Below are positions 1-8,616 of a DNA stretch of 64,000 nucleotides, piece after piece (within the stretch, counting starts at the first letter, position 1; every line of letters starts with the position of its first letter). Below the pieces are notes generated by a model. That model was given only the letters and a program-made list of their open reading frames with translations. It was not told the DNA's origin and ran no database searches. The position numbers were made by a program, and so were the translations under genes. The DNA comes from a virus, in IMG/VR virus record IMGVR_UViG_3300007162_000005; one strand, written 5' to 3'.

Positions 1-1604
1 TCATATTCTAAATAGAAGATAGGAAGATAAGGTTCTCTAAGATGTTGGTCTCTTGGAGAAGTGGGAACAGGAACATTAAGGAACTCAGCCTTGTTTAAAT
101 CAATAGTACCACCGGGGATATTGACAGTGTCGTTTTCCTCTCCTGTAATCTTAACTCTTAATCTATTACCATCTGTTTGGTTTTCTTTATTTTTCTTTAA
201 CCAATCTTGTAGCCATTGTGGCATGGATGGGCTAAACACTTCTTGTAGAATAGCTTCTTCTAACTCTTCAGAAGTAGCTTGTTTGTCAATCACTTGTAAA
301 CGCTGTTTAAGGAAAGCAAGGTCTGCTTCTGGGACTTGAATGTTATTCTTACCTTTTCTTTTGTTCATCTTGAGAACAAGCTTATTGCAACCCTCAAAAG
401 CACCAAGACCAATGTAGCGTACAGAGTCAGGTAGAAATACTTCTTCTAAGTTCTCACAGCCTTTAAATGCATCTTCACCAATACTGACTAACTTAGCAGG
501 AAGAATAATAGTCTTGAGGTTTTTAGAGTTCATGAAAGATTCATCGCCAATATGGGTGACAGTAGACTTAGGAAAGAATCTAATCACTTCAAATTGATTT
601 TCTTTAAAATCAGTATCTGTGTTAGTATGTTCCGTACCAATAACAATAAGTTCTTTTACTTTACTGCCTTTTAGAGTTTTACCTTTAATATCTAATTGAC
701 TTCCGTCTGGTAGTAAGGCAATAACACCACCACCATATCTACCAATATCTCTAACAGATTTAATCGTAACTTTACCAGAGTCAAGTAATTGTTTTATCTT
801 TATAGCCTTTTGAATCTCTGGAAGGTCTTTTAGTCTTGATTGAGATAATTCACCAATAAGATTCTCTTTAGCAATAAAACCTTCAAATTCTGCACTGCTG
901 TCATTGATGTCCATGAAGTCACCAATCTTATAAGGTTTACCTTGTGGGTCTAAGATAACTTGTAATTGATACTTCTCACTGCTATCTTGTTTATTATTAA
1001 AGATAACAAGGTTACCACAGTCACCAGAAGAGCCACCTCTTCGTGAACCCCATTCATCTGTGTATTGATGGAAGTAACGTTCTCCACGTTCACCTGTAGA
1101 AGCTGTGCACCAGCTAGAGCCACTACCTAACTTCATAGAGGCAGCATAGGTTTTAGGAACCCACACTTCCCACTTGTCTGTTTCAAATAAGAACTCAGCC
1201 TGGTCTCCAAGCTCAGCATGTTGTTTGGCTTTTCTTCTAAGTCTTTCCTTTTGAGTGTCTGTCAGTTCAACAGTGTCTAAGGCAGCACGAATCTCAGCAA
1301 GAGATTTATAACGGTTAATGTCACTACCACCTGGAGCTTTAATGTTTCTCTTTCTAGAGTTAAAGTCATCAAGGATTTCAGTAACATTACCAAACTCTTC
1401 TTCCTTTAATGTTCCACGTAAGAAAGAAGTAATAATCCATTTACCATATGTTCCTAGTCTATCTTGTTCAATCTTAAAGGTAGGGTCAAGAGCAATGAGC
1501 TTATCAAACTGCTCACGGCTTAGCTTGTCCTTGTAATAGCCAAAAGCATCATCTAAGCTTTCATTCAGTAATTGTTCTACCAAGTATTCTTGTAATAGGC
1601 TCAT
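1..1604 (-). CDS. Large multidomain protein, runs off the window end: N-terminal 'WVP..LGSGSSWCTAS' phage domain plus BspA-type leucine-rich repeats (LRR_5)
   Basis: Absent from the ORF track. Manual translation from ATG 1604 (SD AAAGGA) is open to base 1: MSLLQEYLVEQLLNES...WEVWVPKTYAASMKLGSGSSWCTAS...IGDESFMNSKNLKTIILPAKLVSIGEDAFKGCENLEEVFLPDSVRYIGLGAFEGCNKL. Confidence 0.85.
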   Translation of the reverse strand, partial: MSLLQEYLVEQLLNESLDDAFGYYKDKLSREQFDKLIALDPTFKIEQDRLGTYGKWIITSFLRGTLKEEEFGNVTEILDDFNSRKRNIKAPGGSDINRYKSLAEIRAALDTVELTDTQKERLRRKAKQHAELGDQAEFLFETDKWEVWVPKTYAASMKLGSGSSWCTASTGERGERYFHQYTDEWGSRRGGSSGDCGNLVIFNNKQDSSEKYQLQVILDPQGKPYKIGDFMDINDSSAEFEGFIAKENLIGELSQSRLKDLPEIQKAIKIKQLLDSGKVTIKSVRDIGRYGGGVIALLPDGSQLDIKGKTLKGSKVKELIVIGTEHTNTDTDFKENQFEVIRFFPKSTVTHIGDESFMNSKNLKTIILPAKLVSIGEDAFKGCENLEEVFLPDSVRYIGLGAFEGCNKLVLKMNKRKGKNNIQVPEADLAFLKQRLQVIDKQATSEELEEAILQEVFSPSMPQWLQDWLKKNKENQTDGNRLRVKITGEENDTVNIPGGTIDLNKAEFLNVPVPTSPRDQHLREPYLPIFYLEY

Positions 1605-1627
1605 TCCTTTATCTCCTCTGTCTCATT

Positions 1628-1636
1628 TAATTTAGC
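1628..1636 (-). promoter_or_regulatory. GCTAAATTA motif, putative phage late promoter
   Basis: Identical 9-mer recurs upstream of genes at 4585, 37555, 48396 and 62284. Confidence 0.55.
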
Positions 1637-4577
1637 CATTGATTCGTTCTGGAAGTTTAGAAAATACATATAATAAACCTTCTTCTCCAAGGTTACTAAT
1701 CGGTTTAGGATATTCTATCTTGTATGTCCCTATGTTAGAATCAGTTCCACCATAGTGTTGTTTAACATCATCTTTAGTCTTGCATAGCCACAAGGCATAC
1801 TTAGCTTCTGGGTATTCACCATGTATAACATCCATGAGAGTTTCAATATAGATATCAAAGTCTTCTATAGCCTCACCACTATCAATGAGCTCAATAAACT
1901 CTTTAAGTAGCTTACCTTGTTCTTCTGTGTGCTTAAAGGTTTTTAATACTGTGTCAGGTATATCTATGTTTCCTAGTTCTGTTGTTTCATGAACAACAAC
2001 TTTAAGTAGACTTCTTTGACCATCACCAAAGTAATCATCATTCCTATAACCCACAGATTCATTCTTGCTTTCTAATAGCCCACGTGTTATATCATCATAG
2101 GTATCTTCTGGAATCTTGGTTGTAAGGTTATATGTCTCATTACTACTCGATGTGTTGACCATCAACTCATATATACCCCATTCAATGAGGTAGTACATCC
2201 AGCTGATGATAGCTTTCTTCTGGGCTGGGTTAGGAACCTTCCATAAGTCAATATAGGCAAATGGTTCAAACCTATTCCCACCATTAGCCTTGATAAGGTC
2301 AAAGGCATCATGTAAGACATAGTAATCATCTCCTTCATAGTCTTGACCATCAAATATCTTAGCGTGGGTTACAAATCTCCCTACGTTAACAAACTTACCT
2401 TCCCTAGAAATAAAGATAGGCCCACGTTCTGGATTGTCAGAGAAAGTTAAGGATTTATATACTTCTCTGTGGTCTATGTCTTCTTTAATGATTGACTCAC
2501 CTAACTTACCTGTGCTATAATATTGTTTAATCAAATCAAGTATTTCTTTAGCACTTTTGTTTTCTAACTGTGAACTATCTATCTTACCTAGTTTTGGTGT
2601 ATATATTTTTAACTCTTGTTTAATAACATTATTAATAATCTGTAATATCTTTTCATACTGTTGAGATGTAGGTGTATTATTATTAAAGAAAATGAATGCA
2701 TCACCTTCATATGGACTCCAAATTACAGCAATAGAGCCAGTAAGGGCTTCAAAGGTAATGCTTAAGTCTTCACTTGAAGTAGAAGGAATAAGCCCAGTAT
2801 GCTTTAAAAACATATCAACCTGTGCATGACTCCAACCATAGTGGGATGATAGGTAACTTCTTTCTGATGCTTCACTTTCACTAAACATATCTATAAAGCT
2901 TCCATCTGGTAACAGGTAAGAAGGTGTTCCTTCTGGTATATCTTCACTAAAGCCAAACTCTTCTTTAACAGCATCAATTATGTTTTTGTCGGTTAAAGTT
3001 ATTGCTTCTAGGTCAACATCTTCACTTAGCTTACCTGTGTTGTAATAATGTTTGATACTATTAATAATATGAGCTGCATCTTTTGACAGTTCATCTCTTC
3101 CAGAATCTTTAAGGGTAAATACTACCCCTTTCTTTTTGTTATCTACTATAACCCGTGCTTCCTTATAGTCTAGTTTGCTTAAATATGATTGAAGTTTCTT
3201 ATACTGTTCTTCAGTAGGTTCTACTTTACCAAGATTGATTCCTGTAAAGTTATACCCATCATTAATAGCAATAGAGTTAGTAACCTCTTCAAAGAATGTG
3301 CTCCCTGTAGTGACAGGTGGAACAGTCATACCAGCATCTGCTAAAAACTTATCAACAAAGGAATGGTCTATGGTTTCTCTTTTTGTGCCGTCGTTTGTAT
3401 AAACGATGTTTGTTAAAAAGTTACCATCAGGTAATATATAGAAGTCTTCTCCAGCTTGAATATCAAACGTATGAGGGGTAATCTTAAAGTATTCATCAGA
3501 ACTTCTTAGGATGTTTAAAACATTTTCTTTAGTAGCCGGTATTGTTTCGAGTTCAACATCATTGGCTTCCATCATTCTTGAGCCTTCCATCTTTCTTGTG
3601 ATATAGTATTCTTTTATTACATTGATTATTGTCTTTGCTTCGTCAACAATCCTGTCTGTTTGAGAGTTAATATGGAAATCTTTAAACATCTTACCGTCTT
3701 CTATAACAACAAAGTCTTTATCCGAATCACTCTTTACTATATATGTTTCTAATGTTTTATACTGAGCCGGGGTTAATGGTGCACTGTTTAACATAATTAC
3801 AATGTGATTTGTACCATCATCAATAGCTACTGAGCCTGTGACCTTCTCAAAGAATAGACTTCTATCTTCTGTTGGTTTTTCTGTCATTCCTACACCTGCT
3901 AGGAACTTATCAACAAAGGAATGGTCACGATATATCTTCATAGTATCTTCATCATACAAGTTAGTTACAACCATTCTGCCATCTGGGAGAATGTAAAAGT
4001 CATCCCCAGTGTTAATCTCACTAAAAGAAGTTGTAATCAAGAACTCTTCAGAACTGTCTTCGAGAAGCTTGATAATGTTTTCCTTAGTTGGGGATATGGC
4101 TTCAATCCCTTGTTCCTCTTGCTCTTCATTGAGGTCTTTAACCACCATAAGGTCAGCAAAGGGGATGACACCATTATAGAAGTATGTTATACTGTTAAAG
4201 TACTGTTCTAATGAAGTAAGGTCACCATCCTCAATGATATCAGTATTCCAGGTATTGTTCCAGTCAATCTCAAGTAAAGAATGGTCTAGCTTGGCTGTAG
4301 GTATCTTAAAGACAATAACCTCTTCTGTTTCAAGTCTATCATCATCACTGCCTTCTACAAAGGCTTCAGCACTACCAGCATCAGTATCAAGGAACACACC
4401 TTGGTCATATTGAAGATGCCATAAAGACTTATAACCAGACTTAAGGCTACCTAGCCCATTCTTCTTAATGCTGTCCAGTGTATTACTGAAAGTAGCATGA
4501 AAAAGAAACTCAGGAAGGTATTGTCCAAAGTCACCAGTTTTAATAACATCTTTGATTTGTTGCTTAATAGTGTCCAT
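1632..4577 (-). CDS. 981-aa multidomain protein: N-terminal ADP-ribosyltransferase-like domain, 3-4 tandem ~180-aa repeats, C-terminal domain
   Basis: FHATFSNTLDSIKKNGL...GVFL resembles the KptA/ART-type HxT motif; repeated YILPDG...DHSFVDKFL...QY..L units. Confidence 0.7.
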   Translation of the reverse strand: MDTIKQQIKDVIKTGDFGQYLPEFLFHATFSNTLDSIKKNGLGSLKSGYKSLWHLQYDQGVFLDTDAGSAEAFVEGSDDDRLETEEVIVFKIPTAKLDHSLLEIDWNNTWNTDIIEDGDLTSLEQYFNSITYFYNGVIPFADLMVVKDLNEEQEEQGIEAISPTKENIIKLLEDSSEEFLITTSFSEINTGDDFYILPDGRMVVTNLYDEDTMKIYRDHSFVDKFLAGVGMTEKPTEDRSLFFEKVTGSVAIDDGTNHIVIMLNSAPLTPAQYKTLETYIVKSDSDKDFVVIEDGKMFKDFHINSQTDRIVDEAKTIINVIKEYYITRKMEGSRMMEANDVELETIPATKENVLNILRSSDEYFKITPHTFDIQAGEDFYILPDGNFLTNIVYTNDGTKRETIDHSFVDKFLADAGMTVPPVTTGSTFFEEVTNSIAINDGYNFTGINLGKVEPTEEQYKKLQSYLSKLDYKEARVIVDNKKKGVVFTLKDSGRDELSKDAAHIINSIKHYYNTGKLSEDVDLEAITLTDKNIIDAVKEEFGFSEDIPEGTPSYLLPDGSFIDMFSESEASERSYLSSHYGWSHAQVDMFLKHTGLIPSTSSEDLSITFEALTGSIAVIWSPYEGDAFIFFNNNTPTSQQYEKILQIINNVIKQELKIYTPKLGKIDSSQLENKSAKEILDLIKQYYSTGKLGESIIKEDIDHREVYKSLTFSDNPERGPIFISREGKFVNVGRFVTHAKIFDGQDYEGDDYYVLHDAFDLIKANGGNRFEPFAYIDLWKVPNPAQKKAIISWMYYLIEWGIYELMVNTSSSNETYNLTTKIPEDTYDDITRGLLESKNESVGYRNDDYFGDGQRSLLKVVVHETTELGNIDIPDTVLKTFKHTEEQGKLLKEFIELIDSGEAIEDFDIYIETLMDVIHGEYPEAKYALWLCKTKDDVKQHYGGTDSNIGTYKIEYPKPISNLGEEGLLYVFSKLPERING

Positions 4578-4584
4578 CTCTACT

Positions 4585-4593
4585 TAATTTAGC
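4585..4593 (-). promoter_or_regulatory. GCTAAATTA motif, putative late promoter
   Basis: Between a terminator and the ATG of the 981-aa gene. Confidence 0.55.
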
Positions 4594-4598
4594 CAAAT

Positions 4599-4621
4599 AA
4601 AAAAGAGTCCAATCTGACTCT
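4599..4621 (-). terminator. Rho-independent terminator
   Basis: AGAGTC-agattg-GACTCT followed by TTTTT on the minus strand. Confidence 0.75.
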
Positions 4622-4712
4622 CTGTTAAATCTAGTCCCAGTATTTTGTAATCGCTTACATGGTATAAGGTGACCTAACACAATGGTTAAGTCTTATAACT
4701 ACTAATTATCTA

Positions 4713-4949
4713 CTACCAAGCTCTTTGAATGTAGAACGTAATGTCATTGTTGCAAATATAAGTCTTGTAGTGTTTGTCATCATAGACCTTAACAACCTTC
4801 AGACCATACTTTGCTAATAAGCCATACATATACTTGTTCGCACTATCTCTTGAGGCAAAGGTTCTTTCTTTGACACCTTTAAGACCTGTACATGAAAATG
4901 TATAGTAGTGACCGTTTAACATGGTTCCTAATAGGACATCTGTATCCAT
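4713..4949 (-). CDS. Hypothetical protein (78 aa, MDTDVLL...)
   Basis: SD (AAAGGAG) precedes ATG 4949. The longer ORF-track start at 5051 overlaps a terminator-like hairpin. Confidence 0.7.
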   Translation of the reverse strand: MDTDVLLGTMLNGHYYTFSCTGLKGVKERTFASRDSANKYMYGLLAKYGLKVVKVYDDKHYKTYICNNDITFYIQRAW

Positions 4950-5006
4950 ATCTCTTTCTCCTTTGTTCACCCACCTCTGTGAAACTGTAACCCCTTTCAA
5001 AATTAA

Positions 5007-5372
5007 AAGCCTACCTGACGTGGGACACACATCTTTGGTAGGCTTGGTCATATACTACTTGTTTTGGGATTACTTATGTGTTCCCACGATATACCACCTT
5101 TAGATTAAGGAGGTACCCCACAGGGAACATAGGAGGTGAAATCATGACCCTGTGAGGATTTATGTCTAAGCCATCCTATACGGTTCTTATATTTGAACTA
5201 CCCACTGCATAATGAGACTGGACTTACACCAATACATGTACAGGAGTCTTAGACGGATTCGGGCTAACCATATATCCCGCCATTGAGGTTTGCCTCTCAA
5301 CATTCAATTAACTGGAGGTTTGTTAACTGAACAGTAGAGGTTGGTTTAAGGGCTTATCCCATTGCCACACTT
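5007..5372 (-). ncRNA. Candidate large structured non-coding RNA (~365 nt), family not recognised
   Basis: Non-coding and GC-richer than its flanks. Many helices: GTCTAAG/CTTAGAC, TTGAG/CTCAA, CACAGGG/CCCTGTG, CAGTTAAC/GTTAATTG, terminal AAGCCTACC/GGTAGGCTT plus U-tract. Confidence 0.6.
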
Positions 5373-5375
5373 TAA

Positions 5376-5558
5376 CTATAAGACTGTGCTAGGAGGAGTA
5401 GGAGGTGTATCTGCTGTTGGGGCAGTAACCTTCTTGACTCTAGGCTTACGTGCAATCTTCACTTGGGCAAGTCTAGTTAACTTATTGCTAAGTTGAACCA
5501 ACATGATTGTGTTACTAATTGCAACCAGTAAGATTAAGACACCGATTGTTGTTCCCAT
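5376..5558 (-). CDS. Small membrane protein (60 aa)
   Basis: N-terminal hydrophobic helix, basic/Pro-rich tail. Confidence 0.7.
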   Translation of the reverse strand: MGTTIGVLILLVAISNTIMLVQLSNKLTRLAQVKIARKPRVKKVTAPTADTPPTPPSTVL

Positions 5559-5679
5559 TGTTCAATATCCTTTCATAATATTATACAACTTATTTTGGAT
5601 TTTAAACTCCAGAAAGACATATACCTATAGTATTTGCCTCTCGAGAAGTTTAGCTATTAATTTAAGACCATTTACCAAG

Positions 5680-5762
5680 AATCTACTAAATTACTACTAA
5701 CTACTATATATCTACTAAATATCTACTAGTAGACTTTAGGTAGTCTTTGAGTAGACTTTACT
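5680..5762. repeat. Low-complexity CTACTA / AGTAGACTTTA repeat tract with a central TCTACTAGTAGA palindrome
   Basis: About 5 CTACTA copies, then 2 AGTAGACTTTA copies, intergenic. Confidence 0.6.
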
Positions 5763-6513
5763 AGTGCATGAAGCTGCTATAGTTATCCCAAGGAATGTCA
5801 CTGTCATATCCTACACTGTCATAAGCCTTATTGGCTTTAAAGTCATAAAAGAAGCTAGATACTTTATTGTATTTTTTATCATACTCTACTAAGTAATGTA
5901 ACTCATAACTCTTACCATTATTCTTATTTACCATTAGAGATATGTTATTAGTTCCATATTCATTCCTATATTCGTGGGGTATATCAGTTATAGAACATTG
6001 ATTATACTTCTTTCCCGGATTCAATCCCTCAGCAGGGTTAGTTTTAAAGGAGGGTATATTTAGAGTTTCTATAAATTTTGATATAAGTCTTACTTCTTTT
6101 TTTACTCTATTTAAGTCTTTTAATGTAACCTCATCACCATCTTCTATTCCTATTTCGATGTTTTCTTGAATTACACCCCTTACATCTTCATCGTGTATAT
6201 CAACCTTATTTTCTCTTATAACAATGTCATCTTCTTTTCCTGTTTTTCTTGTGGAGTAAAAGAAAGTAGAGGCTACACGTGGCCACCTACTACCATCTTT
6301 GGTAGGCAAGTCAAACCATATAATCCACAAAAAAAGTCCTAAAACCTTTTTATCATTAATATTCTTACCTTTTTCAACATAATAGTCAAAGTCATCTTGG
6401 TATATATGACCACTTTCATCTAATTCTTCAAACACATCCTTATTAATTTTTATTAAAAAGTCATTTTCTTCGATAAATTTCTCTATTTTTTTGTATATTT
6501 GTTCTATTTTCAT
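5761..6513 (-). CDS. Hypothetical protein, IxKFIxxN paralog family
   Basis: 250-aa ORF; N-terminus KIEKFIEEND. Confidence 0.75.
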   Translation of the reverse strand: MKIEQIYKKIEKFIEENDFLIKINKDVFEELDESGHIYQDDFDYYVEKGKNINDKKVLGLFLWIIWFDLPTKDGSRWPRVASTFFYSTRKTGKEDDIVIRENKVDIHDEDVRGVIQENIEIGIEDGDEVTLKDLNRVKKEVRLISKFIETLNIPSFKTNPAEGLNPGKKYNQCSITDIPHEYRNEYGTNNISLMVNKNNGKSYELHYLVEYDKKYNKVSSFFYDFKANKAYDSVGYDSDIPWDNYSSFMH

Positions 6514-6518
6514 TATTA

Positions 6519-6842
6519 TTACCCCAGTAAGGTTTTAAGGTAGTTGTTAATCTGTTCTACTTCTCTACGGATGTAAGACTTATCTGCATCCTGTAAGATA
6601 CTATTACTCTCTAATGCTTTATCGTTAAAGGGTGTTAGTTGTTTAATGTTAAGGGATTCATTTAAGACTAGTTGTGCTTCTGCTACATCTAGTGCCATCT
6701 CATTCATTACAATGACTCCTAGGTTGATAGTCTTCTCTCCCCCCTTATAATGGTTGGTAGCTACTAAGACTGATAAGGCATTGTCATCAATGAACTTCTC
6801 AATCTTCTCTATGAGTTGTTGTCTAGTTAGCTGGGGTTTCAT
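6519..6842 (-). CDS. Hypothetical protein, IxKFIxxN paralog family
   Basis: 107-aa ORF; KIEKFIDDNAL. Confidence 0.75.
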   Translation of the reverse strand: MKPQLTRQQLIEKIEKFIDDNALSVLVATNHYKGGEKTINLGVIVMNEMALDVAEAQLVLNESLNIKQLTPFNDKALESNSILQDADKSYIRREVEQINNYLKTLLG

Positions 6843-7392
6843 ATTGGTAACCTTCTTTCTTATAGGCTAGTTCCTTTTCAAAGCTATAGTGGTATTGGTC
6901 TAGGGTCTTAAACTCTTTACTGTCTACCCTACCTGTTTCAGTTGCTAATAGCTCTCCTGGGTTGTCCTTATCCTTCCTGACCTTAACAAAGACGAATCTC
7001 TTTCCTGGGTGTAGGGTGAAGATGATAGGTTTACCATTAACGTTGGTAGGTTTACCTAGTAAGGTTTCTAACAGTTCAGCTATCCGTGAAACATATTCAT
7101 TCGGTTCTGTTCCTGTTGGCACTGAGACTGGGGTATAGTATAGAACATTGTCTTCCTTAGTGTTACCCTTGAACTCTGAGTATAAGGTTATACTGATATT
7201 GTTTTGAGAGGGGTAGGTATACATACTGATTGTCCATAGGTTAAATCCTATTAGTTTCTTCTTGTCTAAAGGTTGACCCTTTTCCACTGAGCAGTTAACT
7301 GAGGGGAACTTGGGTACTCTTTCTAGGGTAATAGGTAAGGCATTATCTATAATAAACTTTTGAATGCTTTGATGTACTTCCCTTACTGTCAT
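6823..7392 (-). CDS. Hypothetical protein, IxKFIxxN paralog family
   Basis: 189-aa ORF; SIQKFIIDNAL. Confidence 0.75.
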   Translation of the reverse strand: MTVREVHQSIQKFIIDNALPITLERVPKFPSVNCSVEKGQPLDKKKLIGFNLWTISMYTYPSQNNISITLYSEFKGNTKEDNVLYYTPVSVPTGTEPNEYVSRIAELLETLLGKPTNVNGKPIIFTLHPGKRFVFVKVRKDKDNPGELLATETGRVDSKEFKTLDQYHYSFEKELAYKKEGYQYETPAN

Positions 7393-7404
7393 TTGATTGT
7401 CTCC

Positions 7405-8208
7405 TTAGTTGTCACTTAAGACGTACAGAAAGCCATCCAGTTTTCTGAGGATTTCCCTAATGGTTCTACCTGTGGTGACACTGATGTCTTCATACATATC
7501 ACTAAGGGATAGTTCTAACTCAGGTTCATTTACAGAATACTCTGAGTTATTATACCATTCTTCAAACTTAGCATATAAGACACCTACTTCATCAACACGA
7601 CCTTGTTCGATAAGGTCTTCATCAATAATAAGATAGTAGTCTTTAGTTCTCTTATCTTGCATTAAAGAGATTACGTTATCACTATAGGCATCAGCTTCAC
7701 CTTCCATGTTAATACCCCAGATAAATGTTTCTTTGGAGTTGTTATTCTTAAGGTGGGTTGTTTCCCGAATTTCATCAATAATGGCTTCAAGGTCATAGTC
7801 AGCTGATTCAATCATAAACCCATAGGTATGGCTTGTATGTAATACAATATCATGAATCATGGCTATTTCTTCTTCAAAGTGGTCCTTAAGGTGGTTGGCT
7901 AACATGGCATGGCCAAGGTCAAAAGTTTCATTAAAGAGGTTAGCTGCTCGGTTAACAAATTCATCTTTGAGTTCAGGGGAAGGGTAAATAAGGACAGCAC
8001 CATATTTACGTTTGGCTAATTCATCAACGATATCTTGACGTGCTTCAACAAACACGTCAAACCCTAAGTCACTCATAAGAGCTGCCATAGATAGATAGGC
8101 ATTCATCCAATCATCACCACTATACTTAGAAACATCCAAGTATTGATATTTATCACTACTATTTATTAATTCTTCTTGTCCAAGTAATGGGTATGCTACA
8201 ATAATCAT
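7405..8208 (-). CDS. Degenerate P-loop NMP-kinase-like phage protein
   Basis: MIIVAYPLLGQ at the Walker A position; VFV...IYPSPELKDEF resembles a common phage ATPase-like family. Confidence 0.4.
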   Translation of the reverse strand: MIIVAYPLLGQEELINSSDKYQYLDVSKYSGDDWMNAYLSMAALMSDLGFDVFVEARQDIVDELAKRKYGAVLIYPSPELKDEFVNRAANLFNETFDLGHAMLANHLKDHFEEEIAMIHDIVLHTSHTYGFMIESADYDLEAIIDEIRETTHLKNNNSKETFIWGINMEGEADAYSDNVISLMQDKRTKDYYLIIDEDLIEQGRVDEVGVLYAKFEEWYNNSEYSVNEPELELSLSDMYEDISVTTGRTIREILRKLDGFLYVLSDN

Positions 8209-8226
8209 TAGGTTATTACCTCTTTC

Positions 8227-8427
8227 TTAATAGGCATCATATAGCCGTGCCAAAGCTTTAATTGCTGGTTGTACTTCTTTTTTATCACATTCTTCACAAC
8301 ATTTATGTTCTTTGGGGTCTGATTCATCTACAAATGGCCACACATTGTAAGCATGACCTGTAATAACCTCATCACAAAGATAACACTTTAATGTTGTTTT
8401 TTCTTTATTGCTTGGTTTTGTTTTCAT
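8227..8427 (-). CDS. Small Zn-binding protein (CxxC...CCxxC)
   Basis: Likely start ATG 8427 (MKTKPS), overlapping the upstream gene. Confidence 0.6.
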   Translation of the reverse strand: MKTKPSNKEKTTLKCYLCDEVITGHAYNVWPFVDESDPKEHKCCEECDKKEVQPAIKALARLYDAY

Positions 8428-8608
8428 ATCCGTTATATATTTCCCATGCTTTAGTCGAAGGGAATTCACCAATTTCTTCTGTCTGATTGTGGTTGGTTTT
8501 AGAACGAATGAATAAGTAATAGTTACCAGGTTGAACATATCCATAGACCATGCACAATTCACGTGGACCTAAATCTTTAACATAGAACATTTTATTTGCC
8601 ATGCTCAT
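8405..8608 (-). CDS. Hypothetical protein (67 aa)
   Basis: SD AAGGAGG before the ATG. Confidence 0.65.
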   Translation of the reverse strand: MSMANKMFYVKDLGPRELCMVYGYVQPGNYYLFIRSKTNHNQTEEIGEFPSTKAWEIYNGYENKTKQ

Positions 8609-8616
8609 TTACCTCC

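Noticed and set aside
5125-5140. GGGUCAU as a trans internal guide for the polA insert
   Set aside because: The 7-bp match to GUGACUU needs three G.U pairs and is expected by chance; it also lies inside another helix.
5007-5372. RNase P RNA or group I intron identity for the first structured RNA
   Set aside because: No GAGGAAAGUCC / ACARAA..GCUUA RNase P elements. AUGGCGGGA / AAUCCGU resemble group I P4, but the P6-P7 order and the S element are not found.
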